The position numbers were made by a program, and so were the translations under genes. From a bacterium (GTDB lineage: Bacteria; Patescibacteriota; Minisyncoccia; UBA6257; GWB1-50-10), in contig JAKAID010000002.1 of the NCBI GenBank assembly GCA_021814545.1, positions 7,009 to 71,008 on the forward strand: a stretch of 64,000 bases of DNA, in the 5' to 3' direction. This document shows, in pieces, positions 47,943 to 58,725 of the stretch (position 1 is the stretch's first letter; each line of letters begins with the position of its first letter). The notes under the pieces were generated by a model. That model saw nothing but the letters and a program-made list of their open reading frames with translations, did no database searches and was not told the origin of the DNA.

Positions 47943-48041
47943 ATAGCTCTCTTTACAGTATACTCCCTTCAAATATTCAAATCTGTGCATAAATATCCTT
48001 GACGCGCATAAGAAAACACCCCTACGGGGCGTTTTCTTATG

Positions 48042-48734
48042 CTACTGAAGGCGGTAGATTACATCCTTACGTTCCACGACAACGCGCCACCCGGCCCGCT
48101 TCGCATGTGCGTATAGAATACTGTTCGGATTGAAGCATACCGGCGTATCGACAAGCTTAAGGAACGGAATGTCCGCTTCCGAATCCCCCACACCCACCGA
48201 GCCCGTGAGCGAAAGGCTATTGTCTTCAACGATGCGCATAAGGAGTTTTGCTTTATCCCGCGCAAGCTCAAGGTGCATAATTTCGTTCTTCAGCCGCCCG
48301 TGCTCATCCACCTTATAGATGCGCCCGTACGAGCGATCGAACCCAAGCGTCTTGCAAAACTCATCAACGAGCTCCTTGGGAGAATTCGAGATGGCAATAA
48401 TGAAATAATTCTTTTTGCGAAGCTCGTGCACGAGGTCGCGCGTGTAGCGATACACGCGGTTGCGATGAAACTTGACCACCCGCCGCGCCACGCGCAAAAA
48501 ATCATCGCGATGGAGTCCTTCGATATACGTATCGAACGCCACAATAACGCCATGGATGTATTTGTCATATGAATCTTTCCGATCGAGCCAGTCCCGATAC
48601 GCATCGTGGTACATGCGCTCGGCCTTCGCGGGGAAAAGGCCGTCTTGAATGAGCGCCTCGGTTATTTCAATGAGAAGGCTGGAGCGAAATATGGTACCGT
48701 CAATATCAAAAATGGCAATCTTCTTCATCGCCAT
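48042..48734 (-). CDS. HAD-IB family hydrolase
   Basis: FDIDGT, IS.SP, GDSEADIPFL. Confidence 0.88.
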   Translation of the reverse strand: MAMKKIAIFDIDGTIFRSSLLIEITEALIQDGLFPAKAERMYHDAYRDWLDRKDSYDKYIHGVIVAFDTYIEGLHRDDFLRVARRVVKFHRNRVYRYTRDLVHELRKKNYFIIAISNSPKELVDEFCKTLGFDRSYGRIYKVDEHGRLKNEIMHLELARDKAKLLMRIVEDNSLSLTGSVGVGDSEADIPFLKLVDTPVCFNPNSILYAHAKRAGWRVVVERKDVIYRLQ

Positions 48735-48761
48735 TATTGTACCACTCCCCGTCCTTATGCA

Positions 48762-49532
48762 TTAGAGGTCGAGTACAAGCGGAAGATGGTCAGATACCGC
48801 AACATCGGGAACCTCGAACGCTCGCACGGGGACATTGGCCGTCACGAACAAATAATCAGAAATGGCATCAACCTCGGGGCCTCGCCCGAAAGCCTCGTAA
48901 TGCAGTTCGCTCCGCGTTGTCTGCACACCGCTCTCCTTCACAAGGTCACGCATGCGGTTCTGGAGCATGGCGATACTCTGGGAGTTCGGATCGAGATTGA
49001 AATCGCCGCACACGATACAGGGGTTACTTTCTCGAGCGACAAAATCGAGAATACGCGCGGATTGTTCAAGGCGCGCGGGCGAATCAAGCTTGGGCCAAAG
49101 CGCAATGCCGTGTACATTGCAAACCGTAAGCGGTTTCCCGTCATGCATGACTCGTACGTAATTTACGAACCCGACTTCCTGGGGCTTCAGATACTTATAT
49201 TCATACATCTTTCCGAACGCAAAAAAATCTCCCTGCGCGGCGAGAGGAATGCGCTTCCTCACGAATATCGCATTCCCCGAGGTTGTGCCGAACCCGCCGG
49301 AGAGCGCAGCCGCGGAAAGCATAGGGGAATACACCGGGTGAAAATCAGCGAGAAGCGCGGAGAGCTGCGCCAAAAGATCGAACTGATACTCGCCGTTTTT
49401 GGACGTCTCATGTGCCGAGGAAAATATTTCCTGGAAACAAAAAATGTCCGTATGCGGGGCGAGTTCCCTCACATACTTCGCAAGAGGCTTGAACTGCTTC
49501 CCACCCCACGCATTAAGGCATACTACGCGCAT
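48762..49532 (-). CDS. Endonuclease/exonuclease/phosphatase family protein
   Basis: LN...DIFCFQE, GDFN, SDHLPL. Confidence 0.88.
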   Translation of the reverse strand: MRVVCLNAWGGKQFKPLAKYVRELAPHTDIFCFQEIFSSAHETSKNGEYQFDLLAQLSALLADFHPVYSPMLSAAALSGGFGTTSGNAIFVRKRIPLAAQGDFFAFGKMYEYKYLKPQEVGFVNYVRVMHDGKPLTVCNVHGIALWPKLDSPARLEQSARILDFVARESNPCIVCGDFNLDPNSQSIAMLQNRMRDLVKESGVQTTRSELHYEAFGRGPEVDAISDYLFVTANVPVRAFEVPDVAVSDHLPLVLDL

Positions 49533-49593
49533 ACAAGTTCAATTTATAGTTGAAAAATCCTCGCCGCATTCACGCGGCGAGGACCGGCGAATC

Positions 49594-50199
49594 TTAAATC
49601 TTCCCCACAAGGTCGATACCCGGCGTGAGTGTATCTCCCCCCGGCGTCCAGCTCGCGGGGCACACCTGGCCCGCATGAGTTGACACGTACTGAGCTGCCT
49701 GGAGCTTGCGAAGCGTCTCCTTCGCAGAGCGGCCGATGCTGTTATCGTTCACCTCCGCGCCCTTAATAATGCCTTCGGGGTTCACAATGAACGTTCCACG
49801 AAGGGAAAGCCCCTCCTCCTCGATGTAGATACCGAGTGCGCGTGAAAGCGCACCATTGTGGTCCGCCGCCATCGGATACGTTACCTTCCCTATCGCCGGC
49901 GAGCTATCATGCCACGCTTTGTGCGTGAACGCGGTGTCCGTGCTCACGCTCACCACTTCCGCATTAAGCTTCTGGAAGCTCGGGTAGAGCGCCGCGAGTT
50001 CTTCAAGTTCGGTCGGACACACGAATGTGAAATCCGCAGGGTAGAACACGAGCACCGCCCACTTGCCATTAAGCGAAGAGAGCTTCAGCTTTCCGAGTTT
50101 CTCCTTGTGGAATACGTCAAGCTCCATATCCGGCAATACGCTCCCCACAAGCGGACCCGCATATCCCGTCTCACCGCAACCGCAATCGTTATGACACAT
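49594..50199 (-). CDS. ahpC: 2-Cys peroxiredoxin
   Basis: FYPADFTFVCPTE, VCPASW. Confidence 0.94.
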   Translation of the reverse strand: MCHNDCGCGETGYAGPLVGSVLPDMELDVFHKEKLGKLKLSSLNGKWAVLVFYPADFTFVCPTELEELAALYPSFQKLNAEVVSVSTDTAFTHKAWHDSSPAIGKVTYPMAADHNGALSRALGIYIEEEGLSLRGTFIVNPEGIIKGAEVNDNSIGRSAKETLRKLQAAQYVSTHAGQVCPASWTPGGDTLTPGIDLVGKI

Positions 50200-50287
50200 A
50201 CATAAAAAAATAATTGGTTAGTACCCGACGCCATCAGTATAGAACATAAATAAAAGGCCCGCCAAATCATCTGGCGGGCATATGGCG

Positions 50288-50632
50288 TCACGGGCAACAG
50301 GTCGTGGCTCCCGTGCAGCCGGCACCGAGCATCGCGCTGTACGAGGAATAGCACGTTCCCCTACAGCCGTACCATCCGCGCGGGCAGCAGTAGCCGTTCG
50401 AGTTGCAGAGCGTACCGCATCCGCAGCTCCCGCCTCCTCCGCCTCCGCCGCCGTGGCACATGTTGTCGGCGCCGCAGTAGGACCCGCTGTCGCAGTAACC
50501 GCTGCCGTTCGGGCAGCAGGAGGCGCCGGTCGGCATGCAGCCGCTGCCGCACTCCGCCTTGCCGGGACACTTGTCCGTAGGACCACACGCGGCAAGGAAC
50601 AGCGCCGCGCACATCGTGATGAACATCCTCAT
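50288..50632 (-). CDS. Cys-rich lipoprotein (114 aa, 20 Cys)
   Basis: Lipobox LAAC; SD AGGAGG; terminator at 50251-50279. Confidence 0.72.
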   Translation of the reverse strand: MRMFITMCAALFLAACGPTDKCPGKAECGSGCMPTGASCCPNGSGYCDSGSYCGADNMCHGGGGGGGGSCGCGTLCNSNGYCCPRGWYGCRGTCYSSYSAMLGAGCTGATTCCP

Positions 50633-50760
50633 TGCACTTCCTCCTCGTGTGAACTGCGTGGATGCCTCACTGCTTGTATTTCAATTTGCGTATGCATTAT
50701 ACAACGAAATGCGCTTTTTATCAAATTAAAGCCCCGGCGGTTGTGCCGGGGCATGTTGCT

Positions 50761-51387
50761 TCAAAAGGAGTTTGCCCGCGCGATGATGCCTTCAATCTCT
50801 TTCTCGCGGTCGAGGAGTGGGCGCATCTTTGCCGTAAGCTCGGCCATGCGCTCTGCATTTTTTTCCCGCTCCCCATTGATGGACGCCTCTTTTTTGAGAA
50901 TGGTATCCGTGGCCTCGCTGGCCATAGCAAGGAGCAGCTTCGCGGCACCCGCAAAACGCTTCCGCTCCTTGATCTTCTCATTCCCCTCATCGGTCAGAAT
51001 GTCGCACGCATCGCTCCGCGGTCCGTCATCGAACTCCCGATAACAGCGCGCGCCATGCGCCTCGGCATCCTTTTTGAGTTCCGAGAACAACAAGGAAAGT
51101 TTCTCGATTTGGTCCTTGGCGTGCGCCGCCACATCGAAGAAGACCGCGCGAACAAGCTCGAGGCGCGCGATGCTCTCCGTGCTCTCCTCGCTCTCCTCCT
51201 TGAGCTTCTGGTGCTCTTCGGTGAGGAGCTCGAGCTTCGCTTCGATTGCCGCTTTCTCCATCAGGAGCGCGGCAACGTTCGGACGCTCTACGCTGTCCGC
51301 CACGGCATTCATGTGCGGACGGAACTCGCGGACGTCGTCGATGGAAGAGAACGAAACGAGACCCAGCGCAAACACGACTGCGATCAT
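50761..51387 (-). CDS. Secreted coiled-coil hypothetical protein
   Basis: Start at the ATGA overlap 51384-51387; hydrophobic N-terminus; heptad-rich. Confidence 0.65.
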   Translation of the reverse strand: MIAVVFALGLVSFSSIDDVREFRPHMNAVADSVERPNVAALLMEKAAIEAKLELLTEEHQKLKEESEESTESIARLELVRAVFFDVAAHAKDQIEKLSLLFSELKKDAEAHGARCYREFDDGPRSDACDILTDEGNEKIKERKRFAGAAKLLLAMASEATDTILKKEASINGEREKNAERMAELTAKMRPLLDREKEIEGIIARANSF

Positions 51388-51755
51388 GGCCGTTCCTTTC
51401 GCTCGGGGGGCTTCGGGGAACCGAAGTAGCGCGCGTAACACTTGGCGACCCACACCGCCGCCCGCGCCATGTCCTTCTGCGTAGGCTCCTTGGGAGCTCC
51501 GCGCGGGTAAACGCTCTCCATCTCGCGTACGAAGCAGCGGCAATAGCGCTGCTTGCGGTACCGGTCGGCCGCTCCAGGCTTCACCAACTCGAGCTGCGCG
51601 AGACACTGCCGCATGGACTCCTCCCACACCTTCTTCGTCATGCGGGTCTCGAATTTCTCGTACGGCGGCGGGGGCACCATGGGAACCCCCTTCGGCTCCG
51701 TAGCGTACACAACCGATGCGAAAACGAACGCAACGAACATGAGCACGGCCTTCAT
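51384..51755 (-). CDS. Secreted hypothetical protein with a CxC motif
   Basis: Signal peptide; YCRCF; SD AAGGAG. Confidence 0.68.
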   Translation of the reverse strand: MKAVLMFVAFVFASVVYATEPKGVPMVPPPPYEKFETRMTKKVWEESMRQCLAQLELVKPGAADRYRKQRYCRCFVREMESVYPRGAPKEPTQKDMARAAVWVAKCYARYFGSPKPPERKERP

Positions 51756-51868
51756 GTGGCTACTCCTTTCTTCGGTTGGAAAAGTACTGATACTTCAGTA
51801 ATAGCACCCGTTCGTGCGCTTGTCGAATAAATGGAAAGCCCTCGACATTGCTGTCGAGGGCTGATGTA

Positions 51869-52453
51869 TCACCGCTCCGCGAGGACCGCGGGCGGCGTCC
51901 GAAGCTTCGGGAAGCAGGCCGTGAGGCCCCCTTTCTTCGAGGGGTGCTTCTCGATGAACGAGATGAACTGCCTGATGTCGGCCATGAGGCGCCGGTTCGC
52001 CTGCCGCATGGCAGCGAACTTCCACGCCTCGTGCTCGGCGACGCGCTCGCCGCTTTCGATCGCTGCGCGCGAACGCGTGATGCGGTCGTGCTCGAGGTCG
52101 AGCTGGCTCTCCCGCTGCTCGAGCGCCCGGCTCTGCTTCTTGCACCTCCCCGGGTTGCAGGGGAAGACCACGCGGCACTCGGCGCTGTAGGCGCTGTAGG
52201 CGGCCTCGTACTTCACGCGGCGCGCATCGTACTTCGCCTGCCGCTCCCTGAGCGCGGCGCGCATCTGCGCGAGCTTCTCCACGTCCCAGGCGAGCATCGC
52301 CTGCTTGTGGGCGAGGCGGGCCTCGTCCCTCCAGAGCCCGCGGTACTCCTGGTGGAGCGCCACGACCTCGTCGGTGAGCGACTGCTGCTTCTCGCGGGCC
52401 TCCGCGAATGGAACGGCGAAGATGAACACGGCAACGGCGATCACGAACCTCAT
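51869..52453 (-). CDS. Secreted coiled-coil hypothetical protein
   Basis: SD GGAGG; signal peptide MRFVIAVAVFIFAVPFAEA; terminator at 51834-51862. Confidence 0.68.
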   Translation of the reverse strand: MRFVIAVAVFIFAVPFAEAREKQQSLTDEVVALHQEYRGLWRDEARLAHKQAMLAWDVEKLAQMRAALRERQAKYDARRVKYEAAYSAYSAECRVVFPCNPGRCKKQSRALEQRESQLDLEHDRITRSRAAIESGERVAEHEAWKFAAMRQANRRLMADIRQFISFIEKHPSKKGGLTACFPKLRTPPAVLAER

Positions 52454-52540
52454 GGTGTGTTCCTCCCGATTTTTGGGCTGCACAAGATGCGCATTCCCTT
52501 CAATGAACCAAGAAAACTTTATCACAATATTGCAAAAAAG

Positions 52541-53341
52541 TCAATAGTACTGGACCACCTTTGGCTTTGCTCCGGGCCCAAACCAGCGCCGTGCAAGCGC
52601 CGCAAAGGTAGGAGTAAGGTCGGTCACCAAAAGCGCTACCTTCCCTCGCCGCGAGAGCGTCCGCTCTATTTCTGGGTGGCGCGCAAGATAGCGGAATAAC
52701 TTCCCCCCGATGAGGTCCGTCTGTGCCACCACGCGCACGTTTGGTCCCACGAGTTTTCTGATGCGGCGCGCAACGAGTGGATAGTGCGTACACCCGAGAA
52801 TGAGCGTGTCGATGTGTTTCGCAAGAAGCGGCGAAAGATAGCGCGCGAGCACTGCATCGACATGAGCAAGCTCATCGAGCTCTATCATCGGCACGAGGAG
52901 AGGCGCGGCGCGCTCCCAAACCTTAGCCGCGGGGGCAGCTTTTTTAAGCTCACGGGTGAACGCGCCCGTTGCGACCGTCCCCGCAGTCGCAAGCACGCCG
53001 ACGCGGTGGGCACCCGACGCTACAACCGCCTCCACGGTAGGCACAAGCACGCCAAGCACACGGCGCGCGGGGTGGTGGCGCGGCAAATATTCGCGCTGGA
53101 TGCGCCGGAGCGCCTGCGCCGACGCGGTGTTGCACGCCACAATGACAAGTGCGCAATCTTTTGAGAAGAGGAATTCGACGGCCTCCTGAAGAAACGCATA
53201 CACCACCTGCGGTGACCGGTTGCCGTAGGGCGCCCGTTCGGTATCGCCGAGATAGATGAAGTCATATGCGGGTAGTGCCCGCACGATGTGCTTCGCTATC
53301 ATAAGCCCCCCGAGCCCCGAATCAAAAATGCCTATCTTCAT
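52541..53341 (-). CDS. murI: Glutamate racemase
   Basis: FDSGLGG, PYG, ACNTAS, LGCTHYP. Confidence 0.94.
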   Translation of the reverse strand: MKIGIFDSGLGGLMIAKHIVRALPAYDFIYLGDTERAPYGNRSPQVVYAFLQEAVEFLFSKDCALVIVACNTASAQALRRIQREYLPRHHPARRVLGVLVPTVEAVVASGAHRVGVLATAGTVATGAFTRELKKAAPAAKVWERAAPLLVPMIELDELAHVDAVLARYLSPLLAKHIDTLILGCTHYPLVARRIRKLVGPNVRVVAQTDLIGGKLFRYLARHPEIERTLSRRGKVALLVTDLTPTFAALARRWFGPGAKPKVVQYY

Positions 53342-53503
53342 ACGCTTCAATTATACAGAAAAAATCGCATAGTATTTCGCCAACGGGGACGGGTGTAAGT
53401 ATCCGCCGTTTTGCTCGTCTTATTGGCATGGGGCGAGGACAAAGCAAGAAAGGTCGACATGTGAAGAAAATCGCCTCGCGGAAAACAAAAAACAATTTTG
53501 ATT

Positions 53504-54463
53504 ATGAAACACTACAACAAAATAGCATTGGCGCTGCTTATGATCGCCGCCATCGCGGCAAGCACGGCGGGCGTCGCACGCGCAGACAACGACAAGGAAG
53601 AGAGCGAACATGACCGCGGCAATGGCCGCTTTAAAGTCGAGGAGCGGATAAATGAACAAGCGAAGAAAGCTATGGAGATGGGGCGCGAGCTTCTAAAAAA
53701 GACCGCCGAAGCCGCAGCAACGCCGTGGGCGCCCATCGAAGCGCAGCCCGATTCGCTCATGATAAACCCGAACGGAGAGATGCGGCTCACGGGCGCGGAT
53801 GTGGTAACCGCACCGGGAGCAGCGTCCTCGACCTCGCTTACCGCGCGGGTGTGGGGCGTAACGTTCACGCTCACACTCGATAATGGGAGCCAGCTTTCGG
53901 CGCGCGGCGGCGCAATAAGCGCCTCGCAGATACAGGTTGGCGACACGGTAACCGTCACGGGCACCATGAATGCTGCCTCCCCGCTCACTGTCCAAGTGCG
54001 GCAGTTGAAAGACCACACGTTAAATGCGGGTGTTGGTTCCTCAGATGAGGTCACGCGCCTGCGCGCGCAGATTCAGGCGCTGATGGATAAACTGAGCGCG
54101 CTCCTCGCGCGCACGGGCGGCAGCACCGCTACGTCGACCACAACGAGCACGCCGGTCGCAGTGATACCGACGCTCGCGAGCATCTCGCCCGCATCGAGCA
54201 CGGCAGGCGCCGCGAATCTCACGCTCTCGGTCGCCGGAACGAACTTCACGACAAGTTCGGTCATATATTGGGCATCGACCGCGCTCGCCACGATGTTCAA
54301 TTCAACGACCCAGCTCTCGGCTATTGTTCCTGCAGCGAACCTTGTCGCAACGGGCACCACGCCCATCACGGTAACTAATCCGGGAACGTTGGGGGGCACT
54401 TCGAATGCGGTCACCTTCACGGTGAACTCGGCATCGACCTCGACCGCCACAAGCACGCAGTAA
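53504..54463 (+). CDS. Secreted protein with a C-terminal IPT/TIG-like domain
   Basis: Signal peptide; PTLASISP...GTNF...ITVTNPG...SN. Confidence 0.78.
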   Translation: MKHYNKIALALLMIAAIAASTAGVARADNDKEESEHDRGNGRFKVEERINEQAKKAMEMGRELLKKTAEAAATPWAPIEAQPDSLMINPNGEMRLTGADVVTAPGAASSTSLTARVWGVTFTLTLDNGSQLSARGGAISASQIQVGDTVTVTGTMNAASPLTVQVRQLKDHTLNAGVGSSDEVTRLRAQIQALMDKLSALLARTGGSTATSTTTSTPVAVIPTLASISPASSTAGAANLTLSVAGTNFTTSSVIYWASTALATMFNSTTQLSAIVPAANLVATGTTPITVTNPGTLGGTSNAVTFTVNSASTSTATSTQ

Positions 54464-54473
54464 GTCGCCGATA

Positions 54474-54505
54474 CAAAAAGCCGCGCATCATGCGCGGTTT
54501 TTTTG
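54474..54505. terminator. Bidirectional terminator
   Basis: AAAAAGCCGCGCA-TCA-TGCGCGGTTTTTTT between convergent genes. Confidence 0.8.
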
Positions 54506-54509
54506 TTGT

Positions 54510-54914
54510 CTATCTGAACTGCATCGTTACCCCATACATTCCCATGCCGCAAAGCCCCTGGAGCTCGCTCCCCGCCGGTTGCGAGGGAATGGTAAATTCA
54601 GTAACGCCCGAGGGCGGTAACATCTTTCGAATGCCGAGCGCGGGAATAACGAATGCGGCGGAGCAATCGAACGTGCTCTGCGTCCGCATGCGAAGCACCG
54701 TGGGTACGCCCGCCTTCGCAATAATAACGTCGGGGCGGTATCCCCCCTTCGCGACAACCTCAACAACCTGCGTGTTCCCTTCCATGTGCACCGCAGATGA
54801 ATTCCCCGCGCGCACACCCGTGCCACCGCCACCCGCGCCCGCAAAAATAAGCGCGCCGAGAACGAGACCCGCCGCAATGATAAGGGATGCAATAAGCGTA
54901 GTATTTTTGTTCAT
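54510..54914 (-). CDS. Cupredoxin-domain protein
   Basis: GY.P, DCS, CGMGMYG. Confidence 0.82.
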   Translation of the reverse strand: MNKNTTLIASLIIAAGLVLGALIFAGAGGGGTGVRAGNSSAVHMEGNTQVVEVVAKGGYRPDVIIAKAGVPTVLRMRTQSTFDCSAAFVIPALGIRKMLPPSGVTEFTIPSQPAGSELQGLCGMGMYGVTMQFR

Positions 54915-54919
54915 AGCAA

Positions 54920-55948
54920 TTAGAAGCCGAATACGGGCCGAATAATGCCCGCCGCCGCAAGGCTGTTCACGATATTCATGATGCCGAACGCGATGACGAG
55001 CAACCCCGCAGTTTTGAAGAATACACCGGACCACTTCCCTCGTCCAAGCTCGACCGAAGTAACACTAATGAGTGCGAGCACAGGCAGGGTACCGAGCGCG
55101 AATGCGGTCATAGTGAACGCTCCCGCAATAAAAGAACCGGTCGAGAGGCTGAATACCTGCATTGATTGCGTGAAGCCACACGGGAGGAAGAAGGTGCTCG
55201 CGCCGATAAGGAACGGCACGAGGCCGTGTTCGAACGCGACAACACGCGTGCGGGCGCGGGTGAAGAATGCCGGCATACGCGGTTGGAGCTGCTTCGCCCA
55301 TGGGAAAACATCAAGGAGATTCAACCCGAGCGAGAGCATCACGAGCCCCACAAGCGTGCCAAGTGCGAGTGTCGTAAACGCGCCCAGGGTGAACGCCGAC
55401 CCGATAAGTCCGATAACGCCGCCCAAAATGAAGAATGAGATAAGACGCCCCGCATGAAAAAGAACCAGCGGCGTACGTTCCCCCTCCTTCGCGTACTCGG
55501 CAGAAACAGAAAGAAGAAGTCCGCCCACGACCGCGAGGCATGAAGAGACCGAAGCGACGAGACCGATGCCGAACGCGGCAGGGAGGTTAATCTTGTCCGC
55601 GGTAATGAGGTTCACGAGCCCCACCTTCTGCAACGCGTAAAAGAGGGACACAAAGAGAAGTGCGATGGGCGCTGCAACACGAAACTCTCCCCACTTCGGC
55701 ACAAACTTCGCGCGTTCGACCGAAAGCGAGTATCCGTCCTTTGCAATAAGCGCGCCAAGTTCCCGGGCGAGCGCCTCAGGAGGCTCCTCGCGCGCAGCGA
55801 CCACGGCTACGGTGTTATGTTTCTCGTCCACCGTTACCCGCTCCACGCCGGGCGCCCCCGCAAGTTTTTCCGATACAAGAATGCCGCATGCCTTGCAGTG
55901 CATTCCTTGTACGTGGAACAAATAATTCGTTCGTGACGTTGTGGCCAT
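54920..55948 (-). CDS. HMA domain plus DsbD_2/TauE-like membrane protein
   Basis: GMHCKAC; SSCLAVVGG; FHAGRL; LPCGFTQ; FALGTLP. Confidence 0.85.
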   Translation of the reverse strand: MATTSRTNYLFHVQGMHCKACGILVSEKLAGAPGVERVTVDEKHNTVAVVAAREEPPEALARELGALIAKDGYSLSVERAKFVPKWGEFRVAAPIALLFVSLFYALQKVGLVNLITADKINLPAAFGIGLVASVSSCLAVVGGLLLSVSAEYAKEGERTPLVLFHAGRLISFFILGGVIGLIGSAFTLGAFTTLALGTLVGLVMLSLGLNLLDVFPWAKQLQPRMPAFFTRARTRVVAFEHGLVPFLIGASTFFLPCGFTQSMQVFSLSTGSFIAGAFTMTAFALGTLPVLALISVTSVELGRGKWSGVFFKTAGLLVIAFGIMNIVNSLAAAGIIRPVFGF

Positions 55949-58239
55949 TAAGAAAGTTTTGCTGTTTTAAGCCGTAACGAATTGCCAACGACCGTCACGC
56001 TGCTCCCCGCCATGGCGAGTCCTGCGAACACGGGGCTCAAAAAGATGCCCCAGAGCGGATAGAGCGCTCCTGCCGCAACGGGAATGCCGACAACGTTGTA
56101 GAAGAATGCCCAAAAAAGATTCTGCCTGATGGTCCGCATCGTGCGCCGCGCAAGTACGTATGCCTGCACTGCCTTCTGAATATCCCCCTTAAGAAGGGTG
56201 ATGCCTGCCGCCTCCATCGCAATGTCCGTGCCCGTTGCCATCGCTATTCCCACATTCGCCTGCGTGAGCGCGGGGGCATCGTTAATGCCGTCTCCCACCA
56301 TTGCCACGATGCGTCCTTCCCCCTGGAGCATGCGAACCTTCTCCGCTTTTTCGCGCGGCAGCACCTCGGCGAACACTTCATCAATGCCTGCCTGCGCCGC
56401 AATGTAGCGCGCGGCTTTTTCGTGGTCGCCCGTGAGCATTGCGGTCTTTATCCCGCGCTTGTGGAGCTCTGCGATCGCCTCCCGCGCACCCACCTTGATG
56501 GTGTCGCTCAGCGCCAAAAATCCTGCTACGGCAGCTCCCTTTACTATCACCACGACCGTTTTCCCCTCGTCGAGGAGCGCGCCGAGTTCCGATGTCATAT
56601 CTTCCGCGACGGGCTTGCGTACCACGACTTCCTGTCCCGCAAGCACCCCCTTCACGCCCACCCCCTCCATCGTTTCAAAATCATGCGGCTCAAGAAGCGT
56701 GAGTCCTCGTTTCTTCGCTTCCTCGACTATCGCGAGGCCGAGCGGATGGTTGGAGTGGCGCTCAACACTTGCCGCAAGCGTGAGAAGCTCGCCCTCGCTC
56801 AATCCTGCGCGCGGCACGATAGTTACGATGCGCGGCGCACCCTCGGTAATGGTGCCGGTTTTATCGAACACGAATGTGTTAACGCGTGAAAGCTCTTCAA
56901 GCGCCTCGGCGCCCTTAATAAGTATCCCGTTTTCTGCGCCCTTGCCGACGCCCACGATAATGGCGGTCGGCGTTGCAAGACCAAGCGCGCACGGGCAGGC
57001 AATAACGAGCACGCCAACGAACGCGAGGAGCGCATACGAGAATGCAGCGGTCGTGCCAAGCTGCCACCCGCCTACTACTAACCAGAGTACAAATGAAAGC
57101 GCGGCAATGCCGAGCACTATCGGCACGAATATACCCGATATTCTATCGGCAAGCGCCTGAATGGGCGCCTTCGAGCCCTGTGCTTCCGCGACCATCTTCA
57201 CTATCTGCGCAAGCATGGTATCTGCCCCCACGCGCGTCGCGCGGCATTTCAATACGCCCTGCTTATTGATGGTGGCGCCCACGACCACATCTCCCGCCTT
57301 CTTGTCCACGGGCACCGGTTCTCCCGTTATCATCGACTCGTCAACCGCCGACTTCCCCTCAGCAACCACGCCATCAACAGGAACTTTCGCCCCTGGCCGC
57401 ACCACAAAAATATCGCCCATCGCCACCTCCGCAATAGGGACCTCCACTTCTTTCCCGTTGCGTACCACAATCGCGGTTTTCGCCTGGAGGCCGAGTAGCT
57501 TTTCTATCGCTTCACCGGTGCGGAGCCGCGAACGCGCCTCGAGATACTTCCCCAGAAGCACGAACCCGATAACCACGATGACCACATCAAAATATGCGTA
57601 CTCGGGAAGATTAAAATATTCTCGCACGCGTGGGAAAAGGACGAGTATGGCACTGTAGGTATACGCCGCAAGCGTCCCTATGCCAATGAGCGAATCCATG
57701 TTCGCCACACGGTAGCGGACGAACCTTACGAATCCGGCAATGAACGTGGCGCCCGCCCAAAAGAGCACCACGCTTGAAAGCACGAGGAGAGTCGCGTTTT
57801 GAATCTCAGGCGAAATAGGAATTTTCGGCATCCTCAAGAGATAGGTTGCCGCGATGTCCCAGAGCATTGCCGCAAAGACCACAAGCGCCACGGGGAATGT
57901 GAACGCGACCTTCCGCCCGAGCGCCGCAAGCTCCGCAAGCTTCTCCTCCTTACGCCGCATGTCGGGCCCATGCATATGCTCATGCCCGCTCATGTCCATA
58001 CCGGGCGTGTGCACGTGGCCGCCCTGCGGGTCTTCGAGCGAGTAGCCGAGCATGCCTATCGTCTCGTTCATCTTTTGAAGCGTCGTTTCGGGTGACGAGG
58101 TTTCCACCTTCGCCGTTTCAGTGCCGAAATTAATATCCGCCTTTGTAACACCGGGAAGTGCCGCGAGCCGCTTGGTAATAATGGCGGCACAGCTTGCACA
58201 ATGCATACCCTTCACGGCGTACGTTCGTGTTGAAGTCAT
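55948..58239 (-). CDS. copA: Cu(+)-translocating P1B-type ATPase
   Basis: [42 protein letters not shown]. Confidence 0.95.
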   Translation of the reverse strand: MTSTRTYAVKGMHCASCAAIITKRLAALPGVTKADINFGTETAKVETSSPETTLQKMNETIGMLGYSLEDPQGGHVHTPGMDMSGHEHMHGPDMRRKEEKLAELAALGRKVAFTFPVALVVFAAMLWDIAATYLLRMPKIPISPEIQNATLLVLSSVVLFWAGATFIAGFVRFVRYRVANMDSLIGIGTLAAYTYSAILVLFPRVREYFNLPEYAYFDVVIVVIGFVLLGKYLEARSRLRTGEAIEKLLGLQAKTAIVVRNGKEVEVPIAEVAMGDIFVVRPGAKVPVDGVVAEGKSAVDESMITGEPVPVDKKAGDVVVGATINKQGVLKCRATRVGADTMLAQIVKMVAEAQGSKAPIQALADRISGIFVPIVLGIAALSFVLWLVVGGWQLGTTAAFSYALLAFVGVLVIACPCALGLATPTAIIVGVGKGAENGILIKGAEALEELSRVNTFVFDKTGTITEGAPRIVTIVPRAGLSEGELLTLAASVERHSNHPLGLAIVEEAKKRGLTLLEPHDFETMEGVGVKGVLAGQEVVVRKPVAEDMTSELGALLDEGKTVVVIVKGAAVAGFLALSDTIKVGAREAIAELHKRGIKTAMLTGDHEKAARYIAAQAGIDEVFAEVLPREKAEKVRMLQGEGRIVAMVGDGINDAPALTQANVGIAMATGTDIAMEAAGITLLKGDIQKAVQAYVLARRTMRTIRQNLFWAFFYNVVGIPVAAGALYPLWGIFLSPVFAGLAMAGSSVTVVGNSLRLKTAKLS

Positions 58240-58257
58240 GGTAATGCGCGGGCGCGA

Positions 58258-58491
58258 TTATTCCTCTATGTCCTTTTTCTTCGCCTCGTACTCCTTCTTA
58301 TCTATTTCTCCCCTTGCATACCGTTCGTTCAAAAGGTCGAGCGCGCGCGAGCGTGAATGCCGCCCGCGTGACGCCTCACCTACCAACCACACCACGAACG
58401 CTATCCCCAATACCCAGAAAAGCACCATGCCCGCCATCATAAGCCATCCCGACACGCCCCAATCAAACATTCCGCCATAGTAATTCCACAT
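58258..58491 (-). CDS. SHOCT-domain membrane protein
   Basis: ALDLLNERYARGEIDKKEY. Confidence 0.85.
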   Translation of the reverse strand: MWNYYGGMFDWGVSGWLMMAGMVLFWVLGIAFVVWLVGEASRGRHSRSRALDLLNERYARGEIDKKEYEAKKKDIEE

Positions 58492-58525
58492 ATGTTTATT
58501 ATACTCTTGATTGATATTTGCACCT

Positions 58526-58714
58526 TTAGAGGACGCTGCACGCGCCTCCGTTCCCCGCATCAACTTCCGCTGAGCCGTTCCGCGGCGCAGGGCGCGGAAC
58601 AGCCTCCTGCCGCTCCGCCCCAGCCCCCACCGAGTAGACCCAGGCGAGCCCCACGATAAGAAACGCAAGAAAAACGCTTATCACCACCATGCGATTGCTA
58701 ATGCCAAGATCCAT
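58526..58714 (-). CDS. Small membrane protein
   Basis: TM; C-terminal GGAC; lies within the operon. Confidence 0.55.
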   Translation of the reverse strand: MDLGISNRMVVISVFLAFLIVGLAWVYSVGAGAERQEAVPRPAPRNGSAEVDAGNGGACSVL

Positions 58715-58725
58715 GGAGATAAGTA

